Shown: one piece after another, positions 13,073 to 28,405 of the stretch
How positions within the stretch are numbered: position 1 is the first letter of the stretch
How the letters are laid out: the number at the start of each line of letters is the position of its first letter
From: Eledone cirrhosa
Taxonomy: Eukaryota
Assembly (NCBI GenBank): GCA_964016885.1
Contig: OZ024742.1
Location: forward strand, 10,044,001-10,108,000
DNA length: 64,000 bases
Direction of reading: 5' to 3'
Notes under the pieces: model-generated
What the model was told of the DNA's origin: nothing
The model's database searches: none
Seen by the model: only the letters and a program-made list of their open reading frames with translations
Program-made: the position numbers and the translations under genes

Positions 13073-13236
13073 CGGTGGATTGGCAGTATTGGTAGAGGGT
13101 CGGACGCCGTACTTTGCCAGTCTGAGTTCAAATCCCGCCAAGGTTAACTTTGCCTTTCATCCTTACGGGGTCGATAAAATAAAGTACCAGTAATGCACTG
13201 GGTAATTGCTGGCCTTGTGCCTAAAGTAGAAACAAT

Positions 13237-13240
<4 letters not shown>
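13073..13240 (+). mobile_element. tRNA-derived SINE (family A)
   Basis: A-box-like tggcagtattgg, B box gagttcaaatccc, body cctttcatccttacggggtcgataaaataaagtaccag, and an (att)n tail. Confidence 0.85.
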
Positions 13241-13730
<490 letters not shown>

Positions 13731-14655
13731 ACTAAAGCACATTATATTTACATAATCCTATGTAAACGAGGCCAGCAAATGACAATATCCTCTCTATATT
13801 GTAGAATATTCGTAATTTTCATAATGTATACATTTCTAGAACCTTCAATCTAAACGATAATAAAGTAAGGAGCGCGGGGCTGCGTCCGGAATATATTTTT
13901 TTAGCCCGTTTGTAAAATAAGTTGGATTACTTTAAATAAATAATGAATGAATATTACATAATTTATCTACTAAATTTCGTTATTCTTGATTAAAAATAAA
14001 TGATTTTGTTGCTTATTTTAAGATTCACTTCTTTGAAATTTTCAAATGCCAACACTTTCGCTTAACGACCGCTTAAATAAACATTCATATATTTCCGTCG
14101 CTAATTTTCTACTAATACAGTTTATATATAATATCGTCTTTTTTTGTAACGTATCGTGGACTACGTTACTGATTACATAAGACAGTGTAACGCAGTCTTC
14201 GTTCAATTTCTGTGTATATTGTCAATTACGATTTTATTTGATGTTATCATATCTACATGTATATATACTTGCGTATAATATCAATATACACACTACACAT
14301 GCTATATACAAAACATTGAAATGGTTCAAAGTCTGAAGGTTTGATGAAGGGACGAGGTAAGTTTACCTTATTTTTATGTTGTTTTTGTGTAACATTGCCA
14401 CCGGCAAGATGGCCAGTCAGTGAAAAACTGAAGATTAGGTGGGTGGATGGATGGGTTGATGGGTTGATGGGAGGATGGATGATCCTGCAACTTCTGATAA
14501 AGTCGTAGGGTAAAGTGTAGTCGTGGTATCTGGAGTTTCCTTTTCTTTAACATAGCAGATACCATCTCCTCTACACATCTGAACATAGGAGATTGTTTTA
14601 CCAGAGAAAGATAGCATGCGAGAGGGAGGAACTTAGAAAAGGACACAGAGGAAGA

Positions 14656-17600
14656 ATCGACCTCAGTACTTGACTGGTATCTCTTTATCAACCTCTGTAC
14701 TACACTAGTACCTCTTTATCGACCTCAGTACTACACTAGTACCCCTTTATCGACCTCAGAAATAGACTGGTACCTTATTATCGACCTCAGTACTACACTA
14801 GTACCTCTTTATCAACCTCAGTACTACACTGGTACCTCTTTATCAACCTCACTACTACACTGGTTCCTTTTTATCGACCTCAGTACTAGTCTGGTACCTC
14901 TTTATTGACCCCAGTACTAAACTGGTACCTCTTTATTGACCTCAGTACAACACTGGTATCACTTTATCGACCTCAGTACTACACTGGTACCTTTTTATCA
15001 ACCTCCCTATTACACTGGTACCTCTTTATCCACCTCAGTATTAGACTGATACCTTTTTATCGAACCCAGTACTAGACTAGTACCTGTTTATCGACCTCAG
15101 TACAACATTGGTACCTTTTTATCGACATCAGTACTAAACTGGTACCTCTTTATCGATGTCAGTACTAGACTGGTACCTTTTTATCAACTTCAGTACTAGA
15201 TTTGTACCTCTATAATGACCTCAGTACTAAACTGGTACCTTTTTATCGACCTCAGTACTAGACTGGTACCTCTTTATCAACCTCAGTGCTACACTAGTAC
15301 CTGTTTATCAACCTCAGTACTACACTGGTACCTTTTATGGAGCTCACTACTACACTGGTACCATTTTATCGACCTCAGTACTAGACCTTGTACCTCTTTA
15401 TCAACCTCACTACTACACAGGTACTCCTTTATCAAAATCAGTACTAGAGTGATACCTTTTTATCGACTCCAGTACTAGACTGGTACCATTTTATCGACCT
15501 CAGTACTACACTGGTACCCTTTTATTGACCTCAGTACTAGACTGGTACCGATTTATCTACCTCAGTTGTAGACTGTACCACTTTATCAACCTCAGTACTA
15601 CACTGGTACCTCTTTATCAACCTCAGTACTACACTGGTAATTCTTTATCGAACTCAGTACTACACTGGTACATTTTTATCGACCTCAGTACTACACTGGT
15701 ACCTTATTATCGACCTCAGTACTAAACTGGTACCCTTTATCGACCTCAGTACTACACTGGTACCTTTTTATCGACCTCAGTACTAGACTGGTACCTTATT
15801 ATCGACCTCAGTACTAAACTGGTACCCTTTATCGACCTCAGTACTACACTAGTACCTCTTTATCGACCTCAGTACTAGACTGGTACCTCTTTATCAATCT
15901 CAGTACTACACTAGTAACTCTTTATCAACCTCATTACTACACAGGTACCTCTTTATTGAGCTCACTCCTACACTGGTAGCTTTTCATCGATCTCAGTACT
16001 AGTACGGTACCTCTTTATCAACCTCACTAATACACTGTACCTCTTTATCAACCTAAGTACTAGACTGATACCTTTTTATCGACCCCAGTACTAGACTGGT
16101 AACCCTTTATCGACCTCAGTACTACATTGTTACTTTTTTATCGACCTCAGTACTAAACTAGTACCTGTTTATCGACCTCAGTACTAGACTGGTACCTTTT
16201 TATCAAACTCAGTACTAGACTGGTACCTGTTTTTTGACCTCTGTACTACAGTGGTAATTTTTATCGACTTTAGTACTAGACTGGTACCTTTATATCAAAC
16301 TCACTTCTACACTGGTACCTCTTTATCAAGCTCAGTACTAGACTGATACCTTTTTATCGAACCCGGTACTAGACGAGTACCTTCTTATCGACCTTATTAC
16401 TAGACTGGTACCTCTTTATCGACCTCAGTACTACACTAGTACCGCTGTATGAACCTCAGTACTACACTAGTACCTCTTTATCAACCTCAGTACTAGACTG
16501 GTACCTTTTTCTTGACCTCAGTACTACACTGGTACCTTTCTTTCAACCTCATTACTAGACTGGCACCACTTTATCCACCTCAGTACCTCACTGGTACCTT
16601 TTTATCGACCTCAGTACTACACTGGTACCTCTTTATTGACCTCAGTATTACTCTGGCACCTCTTTATCGACCTCAGTACTAGACTGGTACATCTTTATCA
16701 ACCTCAGTACTAGACTGGTACAAATTTATCGACCTCAGTTGAAGACTGGTACCTCTTTATTGATCTCTGTACTACACTGGTACCTCTTTATCAACGTCAG
16801 TACTAGACTGGTACCTTTTTATCGACCTCAGTACTAGTCTAGTACCTCTTTATCGACCTAAGTACTAGACTGGTACCTCTTTATCAACATCTGTATAACA
16901 CTTGTACCTCTTTATCAACTTCAGTATTACACTGGTACCTCTTTATTGATCACACTACTACACTGGTTTCTTTTTATCGCCCTCAGTACTAGACTGGTAC
17001 CACTTTATTGATCTCAATACTACACTAGTACCTCTTTATCAACCTCAGTACTACACTGGTAATTTTTATCGACCTCAGTACTACACTGGTATCTTTTTTA
17101 TCGATCAGTATTAGTCGGGTACCTCTTTATCAACCTCACTAATACAGTGGTACCTCTTTATCAACCTCAGTACTAGACAGATACATTTTTATCGACACCA
17201 GTACTAGACTGGTACATTTTTATCGACCTCAGTACTACATTGGTACCTTTTTCTCGACTACAGTATTAGTCTTGTACCTCATTATCTACATCATTACTAC
17301 ACTGGTACATTTTTATAGACCTCAGTACTACATTGGTACCTTTTTATCGTGCTCAGTAGAAAACTGGTACCTCTTTATCGACCTCAGTACTAGACTGGTA
17401 CCTTTTTATCATCCTCAGTACTAGACTGGTACCTCTTTATTGACCTCAATACTACACTGGTACCTTTTTATCGACCTCAGAACTAGATTGGTACCTCTTT
17501 ATCAACCTCAGTACTACACTGGTACCTTTTTATCAACCTCAGTACTAGACAGTTACATTTTTAGCAACCTCAGTACTAGACTGATACCGCTTTCTTGACC

Positions 17601-20600
17601 TCAGTACTACACTGGTACCTTTTTATCGACCTCAGTACTAGACTAGTACCTCTTTATCCACCTCAGTATTAGACGATCTGAGTTCAAATCCCGCCGAGGT
17701 TGACTTTGCCTTTCATCCTTACGGGGTCGATAAAATAAAGTACCAGTAATGCACTGGGTAATTGCTGGCCTTGTGCCTAAAGTAGAAACAAGTATTAGAC
17801 TGATACCTTTTTATCGAACCCAGTACTAGACTAGTACCTGTTTATTGACCTCAGTATTACATTGGTACCTTTTTATCGTCCTCGGTGCAAGACAGGTACC
17901 TCTTTATCGACCTCAGTACATGTCTGGTACGTCTTTATCAACCTCAGTACTACACTAGTACCCCTTTATCAACTTCAGTACAAGACTGGTACCTTTTTAT
18001 TGACCTCAGTACTAGACTGGTACAGAATTATTGACCTCAGTTGCAGACTGGTATCTCTTTATCAACCTAAGTACTACACTGGTACCTCTTTATCAACCTC
18101 AGTACTACACTGTTTATTTTTATCGACCTCAGTACTACACTGTTTATTTTTATCGACCTCAGTACTACACTGGAACCTCTTTATCAACCTCAGTACTACA
18201 CTGGTACCTTTTTATCAACCTCAGTACTACACTGGTACCTCTTTATCAACCTCAGTATTACACTGGTACCTTTTTATCGACCTCAGTACTAGACTGGTAC
18301 CTTTTTATCAACCTCAGTACTACACTGGTACCTCTTTATCAACCTCAGTACTACACTGATACCTTTTTATCGACTCCAGTACTAGACTGGTACCATTTTA
18401 TCGACCATCAGTAATACATTAGTACCTTTTTATCGACCTCAGTACTAGACTGGTACCCCTTTATCAACCTCAGTACTACACTGGTACATTTTTATCGACC
18501 TCAGTACTAGACTGGTACCTCTTTATCAACCAAAGTACTACACTGGTACCTTATTATGGACCTCAGTACTAGACTGGTACCCATTTATCGACCTCAGTAC
18601 TACACTGGTACCTTTTTATCGACCTCAGTACTACACTAGTACCTCGTTATCGACCTCAGTACTAGACTGGTACCTCTTTATTGAGCTCACTCCTACACTG
18701 GTACCATTTTATCGACCTCAGTACTAGTCTGGTACCTCTTTATTGACCTCACTAATACACTGGTACCTCTTTATCAACCTAAGTACAAGAGTGATACCTT
18801 TTTATCGACTCCAGTACTAGACTGCTACCTTTTTATCGACCTCAGTACTACACTGGTACCTCTTTATTGACCTCAGTATTATTCTGGCACCTCTTTTCGA
18901 CCTCAGTACTAGACTGGTACCTCTTTATCAACCTCAGTACTAGACTGGTACAAATTTATCGACTTCAGTTGAAGACTGGTACCTCTTTATTGACCTCTGT
19001 ACTACACTGGTACCTCTTTATCAACGTCAGTACTAGACTGTTACATTTTTATCGACCTCAGTACTAGACTGATACCCCTTTATCAACCTCAGTACTAGAC
19101 TGGTACCTTTTTATCGACCTCAGTACTAGTCTAGTACCTCTTTATCGACCTACGTACTAGACTAGTACCTCTTTATCAACATCTGTACTACACTTGTACC
19201 TCTTTATCAACTTCAGTATTACACTGGTACCTTTTTATCGACCTCAGTACTACATTGGTAACTTTTTATCGAGCTCAGTACAAAACTGGTACCTCTTTAT
19301 CGACCTCAGTACTAGACTGGTACCTTTTTTATCATCCTCAGTACTACACTAGTACCTCGTTATCGACCTCAGTACTAGACTGGTACCTCTTTATTGAGCT
19401 CACTCCTAAACTGGTACCATTTTATCGACCTCAGTACTAGTCTGGTACCTCTTTATTGACCTCACTAATACACTGGTACCTCTATCAACCTAAGTACAAG
19501 AGTGATACCTTTTTATCGACCCCAGTACTAGACTGGTACCTTTTTATCGACCTCAGTACTACACTGGTACTTTTTTATCGACCTCAGTACAAAACTGGTA
19601 CCTCTTTATCGACCTCAGTACTAGACTGGTACAAATTTATCGACTTCAGTTGAAGACTGGTACCTGTTTATCAACCTCAGTACTACACTGGTACCTCTTT
19701 ATCAACGTCAGTACTAGACTGTTACATTTTTATCGACCTCAGTACTAGACTGGTACCTCTTTATCAACCTCAGTACTAGACTGGTACCTTTTTATCGACC
19801 TCAGTACTAGTCTAGTACCTCTTTATCGACCTACGTACTAGACTAGTACCTCTTTATCAACATCTGTACTACACTTGTACCTTTTTATCAACTTCAGTAT
19901 TACACTGGTACCTTTTTATCGACCTCAGTACTACATTGGTACCTTTTTATCGACCTCTGTTCTAGACTAGTGCCTCTTTATCAACCTCAGTACTACACTA
20001 GTACCTGTTTATCAACCTCAGTATTACACTGGTACCTTTTATTGAACTCACTACTACACTGGTACCTCTTTATCGACCTCAGTACTAGACTGTTACATAT
20101 TTATTGACCTCAGTACTAGACCGGTACCTCTTTATCGACCTCAGTATTACACTGGTACATTTTTATCGACCTCTGTACTAGACTAGTACCTCTTTATCAA
20201 CATCTGTACTACACTTGTACTTCTTTATCAACTTCAGTATTACACTGGTACCTTTTTATCGACCTCAGTACTACATTGGTACCTTTTTCTCGACCTCTGT
20301 TCTAGACTAGTACCTCTTTATCAACCTCAGTACTACACTAGTACCTGTTTATCAACCTCAGTACTACACTGGTACCTTTTATTGAACTCACTACTACACT
20401 GGTACCTTTTTATCGACCTCAGTACTAGACTGTTACATATTTATCGACCTAAGTACTAGACTGGTACCTCTTTATCAATCTCAGTACAACACTACTACCT
20501 CTTTATCAACTTCAGTATTACACTGGTACTTCTTTATTGAGCTCACTACTAGACTAATACCTCTTTATTGACCTCAGTACTACACTGGTACCTCTTTATC

Positions 20601-21476
20601 AACCTCAGTACTAGACTGGTACCTCTTTATCGACCTCAGTACTACACTGGTACCCTTTTATCGCCCTCAGTACTAGACTAATTACTCTTTATTGACCTCA
20701 GTACTACACTGGTACCTCCTTATCAACCTCAGTACAACACTGGTATCTCTTTATCGACCCCAGTACTAGACTGGTACCTTTTATTGAGCTCACTACAACG
20801 CTGGTCTCTTTTTTTATTGACCTCAGTCTAGCCTGTAGTCTGGTACCTCTTTATCAATCTCACTACTACACTGGTACCTCTTTATCAACCTAAGTACTAC
20901 ACTGGCACCTCTTTATCGACCCCAGTACTACACTGGTACCACTTTGTCTATCTCACTACTACACTGGCACCTCTTTATCGACCTCAGTACTAGACTGGTA
21001 CCTTTTATCAACATCAATACTACACTGGTTCATTTTTATCGACCTCATATCTAGACTGGTACCTTTTTATCAGCCTCAGTACAACCCTGGTACCTCTTTA
21101 TCGACCTCAGTACTATACTGGTACTTTTTATCGATCCCAGTACTATCCTGGTACCTCTTTATCAACGTCAGTACTACACTGGTGCCTCTTTATGAACCTC
21201 AGTACTAGACTGCTACCATTTTATCGCCCTCAGTACTACACTAGTACCTCTTTATTGACCTCAGAACTACACTGTTAACTCTTTATCAACCTCCGTACTA
21301 CTCTGGTACCTTTTTATCGACTTCAGTACTAGACTGGTACCTTTTTATCGACCTCAGTACTACACTGGTACCTCATTATTGCCCTCAGTACTACACTGGT
21401 ACCTTTTTATCGACCACAGTTATACACTGGTACCTTTTTATCGACCTCAGTACTACACTGGTACCTTTTTATCGAC
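14656..21476. repeat. 31-bp satellite array, about 215-220 copies, consensus atcgacctcagtacta(g/c)actggtacct(t/c)ttt
   Basis: Continuous 31-bp period over 6.8 kb with no spacers. The unit contains the palindromes agtact and ggtacc. Confidence 0.97.
17675..17790 (+). mobile_element. 5'-truncated family A SINE inserted into the satellite with a 10-bp target-site duplication
   Basis: agtattagac occurs at 17665-17674 and 17791-17800. The insert is nearly identical to 13120-13234. Confidence 0.92.
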
Positions 21477-21787
21477 GTCGAAAGGACACAAACTTCATTG
21501 ACTGCTTTTACTTATGAAATAGGTTAAAACTCGCCTGTCTCGGCTATTGTTTCTAAAATAGATAACAATACGTAGAATAAACATTCATACATACATCATA
21601 CATACATCATACATACAAACACATATATACATACATACATATATACACATACATACATAAACATACACAAACATACACATACATAGATACGAATGTATGT
21701 GTAATGTATGTATTAATGAGTATACGTATATAACAATGTTGAGTGTTACCTCATTGTATCTAACTCTGTCTCATCCATTATACATAC

Positions 21788-21848
<61 letters not shown>

Positions 21849-21852
21849 TGTT

Positions 21853-21891
<39 letters not shown>

Positions 21892-22222
21892 GTATATCTA
21901 ACTATTTCACTATCTACCTAACTCTTTATCTATATGGCTGCTATCTACAATACAACATCAGAACCATTCAATCTGCTGTATATTGTCCTTTTTTACACAA
22001 CAATACATTTCTCCTTCTATATACACACTAGCAGACTTTCATACATTACAAATCTCTTACTATTCTTCAAGGTTTTCTTCAAGACAAAAACTAAAGTGAC
22101 TTTGTATTAGCATTATTATTTCAATATGGCAGACCACCGAAGCCTGACGAATATTAGCATCACCGTTGCTATTAAATTTAAAGTATAGAAAGCTATAGAA
22201 TCTATTCAGAAAATACCATCCA

Positions 22223-22368
<146 letters not shown>

Positions 22369-22505
22369 CATATATATATATATATATAATCACTCTTTCT
22401 ACCCATCCATCAAGCAAGAGAGTCAGTCAGCCAACCAGCTATCCATCTATCAGAAATAGCCGGATGTTCACTCTATGCCCAGAAGACATGATCCAAATGG
22501 AAGAA

Positions 22506-22593
<88 letters not shown>

Positions 22594-22894
22594 GACGGAT
22601 TGTATATATATATATATATATGTACATGTGTATGTATGTATAAATAAATACATATATATATATACATATATGTGTGTGTGTATATATATATATGTATAAA
22701 TAAATACATACATATATGTATATATGTATATATATACATATATGTATATATGTATATATATACATATATACATGTATTCGTGTGCATACAAATAATAATA
22801 ATATTAATGATAATAGAATAGAAATAGTTGGTGATCGATAGAAGCAGAGAATTCCCAGGACATCCATCGGATTGCTGGAGTTTCTCCTATGGAA

Positions 22895-23978
22895 CAATGG
22901 GGATATTGACATAGAGAGAAATAGGAGAGGGAGGGTGAGGAAGGGGGGGAGGGACAATGGGGATATTGACATAGAGAGAAATAGGAGAGGGAGGGTGAGG
23001 AAGGGGGGGAGGGACAATGGGGATATTGACATAGAGAGAAATAGGAGAGGGAGGGTGAGGAAGGGGGGGAGGGACAATGGGGATAGGGAGGGTGAGGAAG
23101 GGGGGGAGGGACAATGGGGATATTGACATAGAGAGAAATAGGAGAGGGAGGGTGAGGAAGGGGGGGAGGGACAATGGGGATATTGACATAGAGAGAAATA
23201 GGAGAGGGAGGGTGAGGAAGGGGGGGAGGGACAATGGGGATATTGACATAGAGAGAAATAGGAGAGGGAGGGTGAGGAAGGGGGGAGGGACAATGGGGAT
23301 ATTGACATAGAGAGAAATAGGAGAGGGAGGGTGAGGAAGGGGGGGAGGGACAATGGGGATATTGACATAGAGAGAAATAGGAGAGGGAGGGTGAGGAAGG
23401 GGGGGGGGGGGACAATGGGGATATTGACATAGAGAGAAATAGGAGAGGGAGGGTGAGGAAGGGGGGGGGACAATGGGGATATTGACATAGAGAGAAATAG
23501 GAGAGGGAGGGTGAGGAAGGGGGGGGGGGGGACAATGGGGATATTGACATAGAGAGAAATAGGAGAGGGAGGGTGAGGAAGGGGGGGAGGGACAATGGGG
23601 ATATTGACATAGAGAGAAATAGGAGAGGGAGGGTGAGGAAGGGGGGGAGGGACAATGGGGATATTGACATAGAGAGAAATAGGAGAGGGAGGGTGAGGAA
23701 GGGGGGGGGACAATGGGGATATTGACATAGAGAGAAATAGGAGAGGGAGGGTGAGGAAGGGGGGGAGGGACAATGGGGATATTGACATAGAGAGAAATAG
23801 GAGAGGGAGGGTGAGGAAGGGGGGGGGACAATGGGGATATTGACATAGAGAGAAATAGGAGAGGGAGGGTGAGGAAGGGGGGGAGGGACAATGGGGATAT
23901 TGACATAGAGAGAAATAGGAGAGGGAGGGTGAGGAAGGGGGGGGACAATGGGGATATTGACATAGAGAGAAATAGGAG
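22895..23978. repeat. 60-bp minisatellite, about 18 copies (caatggggatattgacatagagagaaataggagagggagggtgaggaaggggggga ggga)
   Basis: Near-identical units that vary mainly in G-run length. One unit near 23085 has an internal deletion. Confidence 0.95.
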
Positions 23979-24584
23979 AATGAGGGGGTAATGGTGGGGG
24001 TGACGGGGGTGGAGGTAGTTGTGGTGGTGGTGGTGGTGGTGGTAGGAAATGGTCAGTTGAGAAGTATTGTGCACATGTAAAGTGAGAGGAGGAGAGGGAA
24101 GGAAGGGTAATAGGAAAACAACAACGAAATCAAAAGAAAGACAGAAAGTGAATATAATAAAGAGGGGGGAGAGGGAGAGAGTGAGAAAGGATAGAAAGGG
24201 TGAAGATTTGTAGAGAGGGGAGAACAGAGTGTGGAGATATATATAGAGAGAGAGAACGGGAGAGATAGAGAGAAAGTGTGAGAGAGACAGAGAAGACAGA
24301 AAAAGGAGAGATGGTAGCGATATGTAGAGAGTGAAGATATATAGAGATAGAGGAGGAGACAGAGGAGAGAGAAGGTGGAGATATGTAGAGAGAGGGGAGA
24401 GAGAGAGATATGAAGAGAGTGTAGAGAGAGGGGAGAGGGAGATAGATATGAAGAGAGTGTAGAGAAGAGAGAGAGAGTGTAGAGAGAGGGGAGAGGGAGA
24501 GAGGAGAGAAAGCGAGAGATATGAAGAGAGTGTAGAGAGAAGAGAGAGAGAGAGTTTAGAGAGAGTGTAGAGAGATAGATAGAT

Positions 24585-24647
<63 letters not shown>

Positions 24648-24654
24648 TAGATAG

Positions 24655-24691
<37 letters not shown>

Positions 24692-24829
24692 TTATGAAAG
24701 TGAAGTAAAAAGAGCTGTCAAAAAAATACAAAATAAAATAAAAAGAATTATAAAAATCCTAAAATTGGAATCAAGAATATATAAAGATTGAAGTGTGGAA
24801 ATATGGAAAGAGAGAGGGTTGGAGATAGA

Positions 24830-26370
24830 GAGAGAGGGGTTAGGATATATATATATATATATAGAGAGAGAGAGGGGTTAGGATATATATATATATAGAG
24901 AGAGAGAGGGGTAGGATATATATATATATATAGAGAGAGAGGGGGTAGGATATATATATATATAGAGAGAGAGAGGGGTAGGATATATATATATATATAG
25001 AGAGAGAGAGGGGGTAGGATATATATATATATATAGAGAGAGAGGGGGTAGGATATATATATATATAGAGAGAGAGAGGGGGTAGGATTTATATATATAT
25101 ATAGAGAGAGAGAGGGGGTAGGATTTATATATATATAGAGAGAGAGGGGGTAGGATATATATATATAGAGAGAGAGGGGGTAAGATATATATATATAGAG
25201 AGAGAGAGGGGTAGGATATATATATATATAGAGAGAGAGAGAGAGGGGGTAGGATATATATATATATAGAGAGAGAAGGGGTAGGATATATATATATAGA
25301 GAGAGAGGGGGTAGGATATATATATATATATAGAGAGAGGGGGTAGGATATATATATATATATAGAGAGAGGGGGTAGGATATATATATATATATATAGA
25401 GAGAGGGGGTAAGATATATATATATATAGAGAGAGAGGGGTAGGATATATATATATATATATAGAGAGAGAGGGGGGTAGGATATATATATATATAGAGA
25501 GAGAAGGGGTAGGATATATATATATAGAGAGAGAGGGGGTTGGATATATATATATAGAGAGAGAAGGGGTAGGATATATATATATATAGAGAGAGAGGGG
25601 GTAGGATATATATATATATATATAGAGAGAGAGGGGGTAAGATATATATATATAGAGAGAGAGAGGGGTAGGATATATATATATATAGAGAGAGAGAGGG
25701 GTAGGATTTATATATATATATATAGAGAGAGAGAGGGGGTAGGATTTATATATATATATAGAGAGAGGGGGTAGGATATATATATATATATAGAGAGAGA
25801 GAGGGGGTAAGATATATATATATATAGAGAGAGAGGGGTAGGATATATATATATATATAGAGAGAGAGAGGGGGGGTAGGATATATATATATATAGAGAG
25901 AGAAGGGGTAGGATATATATATATAGAGAGAGAGGGGGTAGGATATATATATATAGAGAGAGAAGGGGTAGGATATATATATATATAGAGAGAGAGGGGG
26001 TAGGATATATATATATATATAGAGAGAGAGAGGGGTAGATATATATATAGAGAGAGAGAGAGGGGTAGGATATATATATATATAGAGAGAGAGCAGGGGT
26101 AGGATATATATATATATATAGAGAGAGAGAAGGGGTAGGATATATATATATATATAGAGAGAGAGAGAAGGGGTAGGATATATATATATATATATAGAGA
26201 GAGAGGGGTTAGGATATATATATATATATAGAGAGAGAGGGGGTAGGATATATATATATATAGAGAGAGAGAAGGGGTAGGATATATATATATATAGAGA
26301 GAGAGAGGGGTTAGGATATATATATATATATAGAGAGAGAGAGGGCGTAGGGTATATATATATATAAAGA
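24830..26370. repeat. Compound minisatellite [(GA)n-ggggtagga-(TA)n], unit about 30-40 bp
   Basis: The fixed ggggtagga linker recurs between variable GA and TA tracts. Confidence 0.92.
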
Positions 26371-26756
26371 GGGAGGTGATAGATAGAGAGAGAGCGAGAG
26401 AGAGAGAAAGATAGAGAGAAAGGTATAGAGATAGTTAGAAAGATTGAGAGGGAGAGAGAGAGAGAGAGAGGGAGAGGGAGAAAGGTATATAGATAGATAT
26501 AGAGATATAGAGAGAGTGAGAGAGAGAGAGGGGGAGAAAGGTATAGATATAGATAGATAGATAGAGAGAGAGAGTGAGAGGGAGAAAGGTATAGATATAG
26601 ATAGAGAGAGAGAGCGAGAGAGAGAGGGGGGCAGAGAGAGATGCTGAACATCGTCTATAAATTATTCATATATAATAAAGATAGATGGGTGGATTAAAGA
26701 ATATCTGTATGTAGCTATGTATCTATACTTGCATGTATGTATATATATAGATAGAT

Positions 26757-26857
<101 letters not shown>

Positions 26858-26924
26858 TATAGAGATATATATATAGATAGATAGATATATATATATATAT
26901 ATATATATAGATAGATAGATAGAG

Positions 26925-26994
<70 letters not shown>

Positions 26995-27265
26995 ATATAT
27001 ATATATATATACATATATGCACATATATATATAAATACATGAATATATATATATATATATATATATAAATGAAAGGTATAGAAAACAATGTAGCAAAAAG
27101 CCAACATTATTCATAATATATAAGTGACTATAGCGTCAAAATACACATATATATATATATACACACACACATATATATATATATACACACACATATATAT
27201 ATATTGATAATTTGGATGATGGATGGGTGGACGAGCTGTTAAATAGTTGTATGCACTGACAGTCA

Positions 27266-27378
<113 letters not shown>

Positions 27379-27698
27379 GTTGAGTAAGAAACTTAGACAG
27401 AGAAACAGTGAGAAGTAAAATGTATCGATAGTTTAATAAAGATAGAACGGTGAGGCGCTGATAGACGTGGTAAGAAATTGTTATCGATGACGAAACATTA
27501 GATAAGTAAATCTTAAGATGGATGCTATGCTAGATTTACAAAAAGCCTGACTCGATTGTCATGGTAACTAGAGATTTAAGGAAATTATGTTTAAATCTTT
27601 GGATCTGAGCGGAGCTAGTTCCATGAAAATGATGGATTTATTTTGTATTCCGTTGTTGGACATCTCAGAAATTGAGATTGTCGGCACCGCACTGAAAA

Positions 27699-28405
27699 AT
27701 GTGAAGTGGTAGCCTGTGAAGTGGTAGCATGTGAAGTGGTAACATGTGAAGTGGTAAAATGTGAAGTGGTAACATGTGGAGTGGTAACATGTGAAGTGGT
27801 AGCATGTGAAGTGGTAGCATGTGAAGTGGTAACATGTGAAGTGGTAACACGTGGAGTGGTAACATGTGAAGTGGTAGCATGTGAAGTGGTAGCATGTGAA
27901 GTGCTAACATGTGAAGTGGTAACATGTGGAATGGTAACATGTGGAGTGGTAACATGTGGAGTGTTAACATGTGAAGTGGTAACACGTGAAGTGGTAACAT
28001 GTGAAGTGGTAACATGTGGAGTGGTAACATGTGGAGTGGTAACATGTGAAGTGGTAACATGTGAAGTGGTAACATGTGGAGTGGTAACATGTGGATTGGT
28101 AACATGTGGAGTGGTAACATGTGAAGTGGTAACACGTGGAGTGGTAACATGTGAAGTGGTGACATATGAAGTGGTAACACGTGGAGTGGTAACATGTGAA
28201 GTGGTGACATGTGAAGTGGTAACACGTGGAGTGTTAACATGTGAAGTGGTAACATGTGAAGTGGTAACATGTGAAATGGCAACATGTGAAGTGGTAACAT
28301 GTGAAGTGGTAACATGTGAAATGGCAACATGTGAAGTGGTAACATGTGAAGTGGTAACATGTGAAATGGCAACATGTGAAGTGGTAACATGTGAAGTGGT
28401 AACAT
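27699..28405. repeat. 15-bp minisatellite (atgtgaagtggtaac), about 47 copies
   Basis: Exact 15-bp period. It gives spurious VVTCE/MLPLH ORFs. Confidence 0.95.

Noticed and set aside
13073-13140. tRNA genes at A/B-box motifs
   Set aside because: No cloverleaf is evident, and each is followed by the SINE body and tail.
14146-14198. Alternative hairpins gtaacgta/tacgttac and gactacgttac/gtaacgcagtc as a structured RNA
   Set aside because: Short, single occurrence, with no recognisable motif.
14656-21476. CRISPR-like array (31-bp partly palindromic repeat)
   Set aside because: Units are contiguous with no unique spacers, there are no cas genes, and the context is eukaryotic.
22439-26651. Long ORFs of 288-614 aa and all YIYI/ERER ORFs
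   Set aside because: Translations of mini- and microsatellites.
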